From sequence record KM501444: a stretch of DNA of 64,000 bases, one strand, 5' to 3'. The position numbers and the translations under genes are program-made. Source of the stretch: Shigella phage pSs-1. Below the pieces are notes generated by a model. The model worked only from the letters and a program-made list of their open reading frames with translations. It did no database searches and was not told the origin of the DNA. Of the stretch, positions 58,676-64,000 are shown piece after piece (position 1 is the first letter of the stretch; each line of letters starts with the position of its first letter).

Positions 58676-58934
58676 GAATTTGTTTTAAAATTTTAGAGTA
58701 TTCCTTTGTATCAGATTTACGTACAATCGATACACTATAAGGCATACTATCGGTGTCTTTTATAAAACGTTCCAAATGACACTCTAACAAAATTTCTGGG
58801 TTATAAATCGTGTACATCAAATTACCTGTTGCTCCACGATATTGACAGATTTCTACTGATTGAGCGTCATTCCACAATTTTGTTAAGACTAAATCACCTA
58901 CTTCTAATTTCGGAAAGCTCACATTATTCACCAA
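58656..58934 (-). CDS. hypothetical protein (about 88-92 aa)
   Basis: ORF track start is TTG; GTG 12 nt downstream with GGTGA SD is a likelier start. Confidence 0.4.
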   Translation of the reverse strand: MVNNVSFPKLEVGDLVLTKLWNDAQSVEICQYRGATGNLMYTIYNPEILLECHLERFIKDTDSMPYSVSIVRKSDTKEYSKILKQIHANKKD

Positions 58935-59114
58935 TTAAAGTTTCAATTAATTCTCTTAACTTAAAAGCTTGTTCACTTGTCATTACATACTCCTTTGAAT
59001 AATATCAATAATATTGTTCACCAGATTATAAGTAAACATTGGGTAATTATATTGAATCATCACATACACAACAAACAAAACTTTCATTCTCTTCTCCTTG
59101 GCAGTTGACAAGAT

Positions 59115-59145
59115 TACTATATCATAACCTTGCCAACTTGTAAAC
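59115..59145 (-). promoter_or_regulatory. T4-type early promoter
   Basis: tactatatcat...gtaaac; embedded in inverted repeat cttggca/tgccaa. Confidence 0.5.
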
Positions 59146-59310
59146 CATTAAATGACGTTTTCAATAAAATTCTGAAGCTTTGTGTGAGCATCAACCATAA
59201 TTTTCATTTCTTCCTTTGCGAAAGCTGTACCTCTTTCTCGAGCAGAATACTCATAGTCAGAAACTGCATTAGCATATTCTTCAATTAGCTTCATTAAAAA
59301 CATCTGCTTT

Positions 59311-59505
59311 TCAGTTTTCATTATTCCACCTAATCATTTCAAGATATTGAACTAACTTAGCTTTGGATTTATCCAAATCCTTTTTAGCTGCTTCTATACC
59401 ATCGTATGAGTATCCTTCACAATGCTCAACTGCTAATTGATATGAATCTATTTCAACATCACGTGCTAATTTAATAATTTTTTCAAACTGTTCACGTGTT
59501 AGCAT
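59311..59505 (-). CDS. hypothetical protein (64 aa)
   Basis: ORF track. Confidence 0.4.
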   Translation of the reverse strand: MLTREQFEKIIKLARDVEIDSYQLAVEHCEGYSYDGIEAAKKDLDKSKAKLVQYLEMIRWNNEN

Positions 59506-59507
59506 AC

Positions 59508-59711
59508 TTAAACTCTCGTATTATGATCGATAATTTCATCAAGAAACATATCTAAAGCTTCTACAGCATTATCAACTTTAGCTTCAAATTTTTCAATACC
59601 TTTATTTGCAATGCCTGCCGAAAACCAAGCAAAGTCACTAAGTTCCTCATCTGCTTTGCGAATTAAAGCTACCAATTCTTTAATTTTATCTGCTTGTTCA
59701 ATTCTAGTCAT
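59508..59711 (-). CDS. hypothetical protein (67 aa)
   Basis: ATG 59709-59711; track start is GTG further upstream. Confidence 0.4.
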   Translation of the reverse strand: MTRIEQADKIKELVALIRKADEELSDFAWFSAGIANKGIEKFEAKVDNAVEALDMFLDEIIDHNTRV

Positions 59712-59899
59712 TATTCCACCACATATGAAAGAGAGAATATTGCACACGCCATGTGAGTTGCAGCTTCATCACACATATCATAACGTTTCTTAAGAAGTTC
59801 TACAAGTTCTTCACTAATAACTTCATCCATGTCGACGAAAAAATCACCATTAATGATGACGTAGATATTTCCTTCTTGATTGAGTGCTTCAATTTTCAT
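59711..59899 (-). CDS. hypothetical protein (62 aa)
   Basis: ATG 59897-59899 with GAGGAG SD; early promoter upstream. Confidence 0.4.
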   Translation of the reverse strand: MKIEALNQEGNIYVIINGDFFVDMDEVISEELVELLKKRYDMCDEAATHMACAIFSLSYVVE

Positions 59900-59925
59900 G
59901 ATGTTCTCCTCTTTATCCGATAGTT

Positions 59926-59957
59926 GTATAGTATCACAGCTCAAATGGAAAGTAAAC
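59926..59957 (-). promoter_or_regulatory. T4-type early promoter
   Basis: tatagtatcacag...gtaaac. Confidence 0.55.
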
Positions 59958-59990
59958 CGGTAAAATGAAAAAAGTCTCCCGAAGGAGACT
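59944..59990 (-). repeat. terminator-plus-promoter module repeat (second copy at 20752-20800)
   Basis: tggaaagtaaaccggtaaaatgaaaaag + UUCG hairpin shared between both loci. Confidence 0.55.
59973..59990 (-). terminator. UUCG hairpin terminator
   Basis: agtctcc-cgaa-ggagact followed by U-run on minus. Confidence 0.5.
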
Positions 59991-59994
59991 AATG

Positions 59995-60381
59995 TTATTC
60001 GAGGGAAAGAAGATATTTACTCTGGTAAAACATCCCAGTAATATCATCTATCGTGCTTTGAATGGCTGGAGGCATTTCTTTATAAATGCTGTTAGATTGG
60101 TCTAGTATGCGATCAATCATTTTAATTGTGTCGGTAGGAAGTTTACTGGCATCTGGAATAGAAGGCGTGTATTTTCTACCAGAATACCCCAAATATTGCT
60201 CACCAAATTTATCAATCAAATCTGGCAACTCAGAGAAAATAAAATCGTATGCTTTGTGTCTAGCATAACTTTTAGTTTCAAAATGTGCAGAATGAAAATA
60301 AGCTTGTGCAGCCATTAATAAACCTAAGTATTCATCTGCCTTTGAAGGTTTTCCACTTTGTGAAAAGTCGCTGAATTTCAT
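59995..60381 (-). CDS. hypothetical protein (128 aa), rI.-1 position
   Basis: ORF track; synteny. Confidence 0.5.
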   Translation of the reverse strand: MKFSDFSQSGKPSKADEYLGLLMAAQAYFHSAHFETKSYARHKAYDFIFSELPDLIDKFGEQYLGYSGRKYTPSIPDASKLPTDTIKMIDRILDQSNSIYKEMPPAIQSTIDDITGMFYQSKYLLSLE

Positions 60382-60671
60382 TCAGTCTCCAATTTAATGT
60401 TCATAATTCTAGCGTATGATTGTGCCATCTCCGCGCCTCGCTCTATACATTCAAAATCGGAAGAGCACGGGTCATTTTTATAAGTCGTTCGCATAAAACT
60501 ATAGAACTGTTCAGATGATTCTACGCTTTTATTTTCAAAAAGCATATAAACATGTCTAATACCAGATTCCATAAATTTATCAAAATGAGGATCGACATTC
60601 GCTTCAATCGGTGGAGATAAAACAAACGCTAATCCTAGCATGGCAAATAGTGCCGTTGCTTTTAAGGCCAT
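60378..60671 (-). CDS. rI: lysis inhibition regulator rI (signal-anchor periplasmic protein)
   Basis: 97 aa; MALKATALFAMLGLAFVLSPPIEANVDPHFDKFMESG closely matches recalled T4 rI. Confidence 0.85.
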   Translation of the reverse strand: MALKATALFAMLGLAFVLSPPIEANVDPHFDKFMESGIRHVYMLFENKSVESSEQFYSFMRTTYKNDPCSSDFECIERGAEMAQSYARIMNIKLETE

Positions 60672-60683
60672 AAAGGCCTCCTA

Positions 60684-60896
60684 TCATTTTTGTCCTGTAT
60701 TTACTTTATGCCGATGCACGGCCTTAACTTTATCAAGGTATTTTTCAAAATTTCGCAATCTAGTATAGTCTGCCGGAGATTGGTTGAGTGATACTTCTCG
60801 ACGCAAAGCTGAAATGATATTTCCAACTTCCCTACGAATTTCATCTAATTGAAGAACAGTAAGATTGCGAAGTTGCTTTTCAGTTAATTGTAGCAT
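60684..60896 (-). CDS. hypothetical protein (70 aa), rI.1 position
   Basis: ORF track. Confidence 0.45.
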
Positions 60897-60921
60897 ATAT
60901 ACCCCTTTAGTTAGATAAACC

Positions 60922-60929
60922 TATTTATA
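60922..60929 (-). promoter_or_regulatory. late promoter TATAAATA
   Basis: plus tatttata = minus TATAAATA about 26 nt upstream of the rI.1-position ATG. Confidence 0.45.
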
Positions 60930-60938
60930 ACTTTTGCA

Positions 60939-61520
60939 CTAACCGAGCTTTTTAGTTAATTCATTCCAGTGTTTTCTACACAAAGAAACATAAATTTCAT
61001 CACCAATACAGATTTGATTACCTTCTTTAACTGGTGTTCCATCTTCCATTAATCGAGCTGTCATAATCGCTTTTTTACCACAATGACAAACTGCTTTTAG
61101 TTCAATAAGTTTATCTGCAATCGCCAAAAGTTCTTTAGAACCTTCAAATAATTTTCCAGCGAAATCAGTCCTTAGACCATAAGCCATAACAGGAACATTA
61201 TATGTATCAACAATTCGGCTTAATTGATGCACCTGTTCAGTTTTTAAAAACTGGGCTTCATCTACAAATACACAATGAATATCTTTTTGTGCTTCTGCCC
61301 ATTTATAGAACTCAAAAATATCCATATCATCCGTAATAATATTCGCTTCCTGTTTAATTCCAATGCGAGAAACGACTTCACAGACAGAATCGCGAGTATC
61401 AATAGCAGGCTTAAGAACTAATACACCCATTCCGCGTTCTTTATAATTGTGTGCAGCAGTCAAAAGAGAAGCAGATTTTCCAGCATTCATTGCTGCATAA
61501 GTAAAAATTAAACTCGCCAT
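60939..61520 (-). CDS. tk: thymidine kinase
   Basis: 193 aa as T4 Tk; P-loop AMNAGKS; C-terminal zinc site CHCGKKA... Confidence 0.88.
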   Translation of the reverse strand: MASLIFTYAAMNAGKSASLLTAAHNYKERGMGVLVLKPAIDTRDSVCEVVSRIGIKQEANIITDDMDIFEFYKWAEAQKDIHCVFVDEAQFLKTEQVHQLSRIVDTYNVPVMAYGLRTDFAGKLFEGSKELLAIADKLIELKAVCHCGKKAIMTARLMEDGTPVKEGNQICIGDEIYVSLCRKHWNELTKKLG

Positions 61521-61521
61521 C

Positions 61522-61710
61522 TTAGTCCTTAGTTAAATTTTCTAAATATGTTTCTAAATCATTTTCAGCTTTATCGATAGATTTTACTAATTCGTAATAT
61601 GTTTCGGCATCTCCGTATTCAGAAGATATTTCAAAAGACAAATCCTTTTCTAAACTAATAATTTCACCAACTAAAAATAATATTTCGTTCTTTTGTTCGC
61701 GAGTAATCAT
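61522..61710 (-). CDS. hypothetical protein (62 aa), tk.1 position
   Basis: ORF track; paralog of next. Confidence 0.45.
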   Translation of the reverse strand: MITREQKNEILFLVGEIISLEKDLSFEISSEYGDAETYYELVKSIDKAENDLETYLENLTKD

Positions 61711-61892
61711 AAGGAATTTATATAATTAATAAGTTCTTGTTCTTTATCGTCGAAATCTTTACACAGTTCTTCGTATTCGTCGGTATTAAAAGGACCGCAT
61801 TCATCACAAACTTTTTCCAATTCGCTATTTTTATCCATAACTTCGTGAATAAGAGAAAATAGTCTGTCTTTTTGTTCTTTGCTTAGGCTCAC
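61707..61892 (-). CDS. hypothetical protein (61 aa), tk.2 position
   Basis: ORF track (GTG start); EQK..LF.L..E motif shared with preceding. Confidence 0.45.
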   Translation of the reverse strand: MSLSKEQKDRLFSLIHEVMDKNSELEKVCDECGPFNTDEYEELCKDFDDKEQELINYINSL

Positions 61893-62065
61893 AGTATGTC
61901 AATCCCCAAAAGTTTTAAAATGACTCGTTTCTGATTCATAACCGCTACGATTGAATGACCGTTGGGGTCTTTTTGACCTGATCCAATTATAAATCCTTTT
62001 TGTGCGGAAAGTTCAATCAAAACATCAAGTTCACGTAATAATTGATATTTTAAATCATCGTTCAT
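61889..62065 (-). CDS. hypothetical small protein (58 aa)
   Basis: hand-translated MNDDLKYQLLRELDVLIELSAQKGF...; below track cutoff. Confidence 0.3.
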   Translation of the reverse strand: MNDDLKYQLLRELDVLIELSAQKGFIIGSGQKDPNGHSIVAVMNQKRVILKLLGIDIL

Positions 62066-62289
62066 TTTGGTTTACCTTCTTTAACGAAATCAGGATAAGG
62101 ATAAAATCCTGAATAAAATCCTTCACCTTTATGATTGATGCATCCTTTATTAGAACAATAGCACCAATAATCGAAATCGCAAGCCATTTCATCATTACAT
62201 AAAGCAAAAACAACCGGCCATTCACACTTTTCGCAGTGGGCATTTTTAAGAATACTAGTTTGGCTCATAACCATGTAACCTTTAAGCAA
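62062..62289 (-). CDS. Cys-rich small protein (75 aa)
   Basis: multiple Cys/His (CEKCEW...CNDEMACDFDYWCYCSNKGCINH), possible zinc binding. Confidence 0.4.
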   Translation of the reverse strand: MLKGYMVMSQTSILKNAHCEKCEWPVVFALCNDEMACDFDYWCYCSNKGCINHKGEGFYSGFYPYPDFVKEGKPK

Positions 62290-62477
62290 TATTCTTCTAC
62301 ATGTTGTTTACGACCTTTCTTATCAATAAAGGTATATTCAACGAATGTTCCAATATAGTCTTTATCTACATCATGTGGACTATTAATTGGGCATTTAGTA
62401 CGGCAAATGCGTTCCCATTGACGAATAATTTCCACTTTGTTTTTAGGATCAAACGGATGCGGGTAATGTACTTTCAT
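62265..62477 (-). CDS. hypothetical protein (70 aa)
   Basis: ORF track. Confidence 0.4.
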   Translation of the reverse strand: MKVHYPHPFDPKNKVEIIRQWERICRTKCPINSPHDVDKDYIGTFVEYTFIDKKGRKQHVEEYCLKVTWL

Positions 62478-62928
62478 AATCCACCACTATTAAATCAATA
62501 TCAGGAGTAAACATGTCAATTAATTTAGAAACCTTATCCCAATCACCACCAGCAATACCGCAACCTATGCGTGGAATGTAAATTACTGGTTTAAACAAAA
62601 GGGTTTCTACCTGTAGATTTAATTCTATCATGCAGTTTACTAAAGCACCATAATCAAGATTAGGACCCGGTTCATATTGCGTATACAGGTTATAGCATAT
62701 ACCAAATCCTGTAGGATTATGTTTAAAAACAATAGACATATCGCCTAATTTATCACGAGAACCGTACTCGGTAGTGGTTTTATCTATTTCTAAAATTTTG
62801 GGATAGGCTCTTGCTAATTGACCTGCTACGCCAGAGCCCATTGTGTGGAAGCAATTGCACCCGTGCGCAATAATATTACCTTGAAGAAATAGGGCGACAA
62901 TATCGCCCTTGATATATTTTACAATCAT
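62449..62928 (-). CDS. macro-domain protein (ADP-ribose binding / hydrolase-like, 159 aa)
   Basis: IAHGCNCFHTMGSGVAGQ (N..G.GVA motif) and IPRIGCGIAGGDW (iP.iG.GiaG motif). Confidence 0.6.
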   Translation of the reverse strand: MIVKYIKGDIVALFLQGNIIAHGCNCFHTMGSGVAGQLARAYPKILEIDKTTTEYGSRDKLGDMSIVFKHNPTGFGICYNLYTQYEPGPNLDYGALVNCMIELNLQVETLLFKPVIYIPRIGCGIAGGDWDKVSKLIDMFTPDIDLIVVDYESTLPASV

Positions 62929-63272
62929 CTAGTACTCAATCCTCGATTATAAGAATCTACTAAACGGTCAACCATTGAATGACAAGCGGCTTTATCTTTC
63001 TCCTCCGCAACTGAACATTCTAAGGTATTCCACTTTTTAGCATATCGTTTTAACAATGTATCATTTTTGTATCTGCTTGATTTATCTCTTTCTCCGTCTT
63101 TATATGCATATATTAATTTCTGTGCAAATTCAGCTTGGCATGCTTTATTTTTCCCGCAATAATCCGCGGCAGTACGATTTACATACTCTCTAATTTCAGT
63201 ATATGATGTATCTGCTGATGCAGAAGCAGAAAATGAAATTAATCCTATACATAAAACCAAAATTTTAGTCAT
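62925..63272 (-). CDS. secreted Cys-containing protein (115 aa)
   Basis: Sec-type signal peptide MTKILVLCIGLISFSASASA; 4 Cys in mature part. Confidence 0.5.
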   Translation of the reverse strand: MTKILVLCIGLISFSASASADTSYTEIREYVNRTAADYCGKNKACQAEFAQKLIYAYKDGERDKSSRYKNDTLLKRYAKKWNTLECSVAEEKDKAACHSMVDRLVDSYNRGLSTR

Positions 63273-63810
63273 TTACTATTTCCAAAAGTTTATTATTTTT
63301 AAGGTAATTAGCCTTTTCTAGGACTTCAGAAGCATATTTAGAACCTGCTTTAACATTCCATCCCGAATTATAAGAGGATATTGCTTTTCTTATATCGCCC
63401 TTATGTATATTTAACCAATAAGAAAGTTCAATGTACGCCCAGGAAGCTGAATTGGACCGTTTATTCAACATTCTTTTTATTTCAGCATCGGTCATATTAT
63501 AACCAAGTTCCTTAACTCTTGCTCGCATGGTCGGCAAATAATTTTGGAACATTCCATAGGCATGATGCTTTGGTTTAGATTTTAAATTAACTCCGGCAGA
63601 GCTTTCTTGCCATAAAATAGCAGCCATTATATGACCCAATCCGCTCTTGTGGATATTTTTGTGTGTTTTATATTTTCCATCCTTAGAAAATTGTTCCCCG
63701 AATTGATATGCGTAACGCATGTTATCGAGTTGGACATTACTGAAAGTATGCTCGGAGCTATGTGCCATCATTGAAATGGCCAATAGACCAGCGAGTAGTG
63801 CTTTTCTCAT
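63265..63810 (-). CDS. secreted lytic-transglycosylase-like protein (181 aa)
   Basis: signal peptide MRKALLAGLLAISMMAHS; ILWQESS motif resembles SLT-domain catalytic Glu-Ser region. Confidence 0.5.
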   Translation of the reverse strand: MRKALLAGLLAISMMAHSSEHTFSNVQLDNMRYAYQFGEQFSKDGKYKTHKNIHKSGLGHIMAAILWQESSAGVNLKSKPKHHAYGMFQNYLPTMRARVKELGYNMTDAEIKRMLNKRSNSASWAYIELSYWLNIHKGDIRKAISSYNSGWNVKAGSKYASEVLEKANYLKNNKLLEIVND

Positions 63811-63817
63811 GCTTACC

Positions 63818-64000
63818 TCATTGAGTTTTAATTACTGCTTTAGAAGCCTTTCCTGGTAAACGACGACTATTGATAATTGCCATCCTGCATTGAAGCGACG
63901 GGTCTTTGAACTTTGCATTAGGTTTACAAACTGTAAATCCAAGCCAAAGATTTCCATCTGTGATTTCTAAACGCCCAGGACGATATTCAACCCCATCAAT
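63818..64000 (-). CDS. hypothetical protein, C-terminal 60 codons (partial, continues beyond window)
   Basis: open frame to window edge ending ...RRLPGKASKAVIKTQ; stop TGA 63818-63820. Confidence 0.4.
   Translation of the reverse strand: MDGVEYRPGRLEITDGNLWLGFTVCKPNAKFKDPSLQCRMAIINSRRLPGKASKAVIKTQ

Noticed and set aside
4647-59990. CRISPR array suggested by recurring GGGCCGAAGCCC-like motifs
   Set aside because: The motifs are individual inverted repeats (hairpins) at gene ends, tens of kb apart, not direct repeats with regular spacers.
1-64000. tRNA or other structured RNA genes
   Set aside because: No cloverleaf-like region found on inspection. Intergenic gaps are short and filled by promoters and terminators. 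The T4 tRNA cluster would lie outside this window. A tRNAscan run would be needed to be definitive.

Overview
This window is a contiguous ~64 kb stretch of a T4-like (T-even, Tequatrovirus-type) phage genome, transcribed almost entirely on the minus strand. Gene order and many protein sequences match what I recall for T4: 52 - ac-like - stp - ndd - denB - rIIB - rIIA - 39 - motB - dexA - dda - srd - modA/modB - soc - 56 - 61 - sp - dmd - 41 - 40 - uvsX - 42 - imm - 43 - regA - 62 - 44 - 45 - rpbA - 46 - 47 - alpha-gt - 55 - nrdG - nrdD - 49 - nrdC - accessory block - rI - tk. It is not T4 itself. Gene 39 is one intact 605-codon ORF (no gene 60 split or mobA). nrdD is uninterrupted. No homing-endonuclease-sized ORFs sit at the segF, mobC or mobD positions. 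The 56-61 gap holds only a small plus-strand membrane ORF where I recall T4 carrying dam. The uvsX-42 locus encodes a 282-aa DxD-motif protein, not a T4 beta-gt-sized gene. Soc and UvsX diverge from T4. Non-coding structure is dominated by T4-type early promoters (GTTTAC -35, extended TATAAT-like -10 and an A/T UP element on the minus strand), UUCG-tetraloop hairpins and terminators, and repeated promoter/terminator cassettes. The most interesting unexplained content is in the nrdC-rI accessory block (about 49.6-59 kb): four tandem paralogous 300-340 aa proteins with C-terminal coiled coils, an AAA+ ATPase next to a pol-beta-type nucleotidyltransferase, and a pair of paralogous ~180 aa proteins. 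Downstream of tk sit a macro-domain protein and two secreted proteins. ORF-track starts sometimes use TTG/GTG; where I checked, I trimmed to the ATG with a Shine-Dalgarno. All identifications rest on recalled sequences, motifs, size and synteny; no database search was run.
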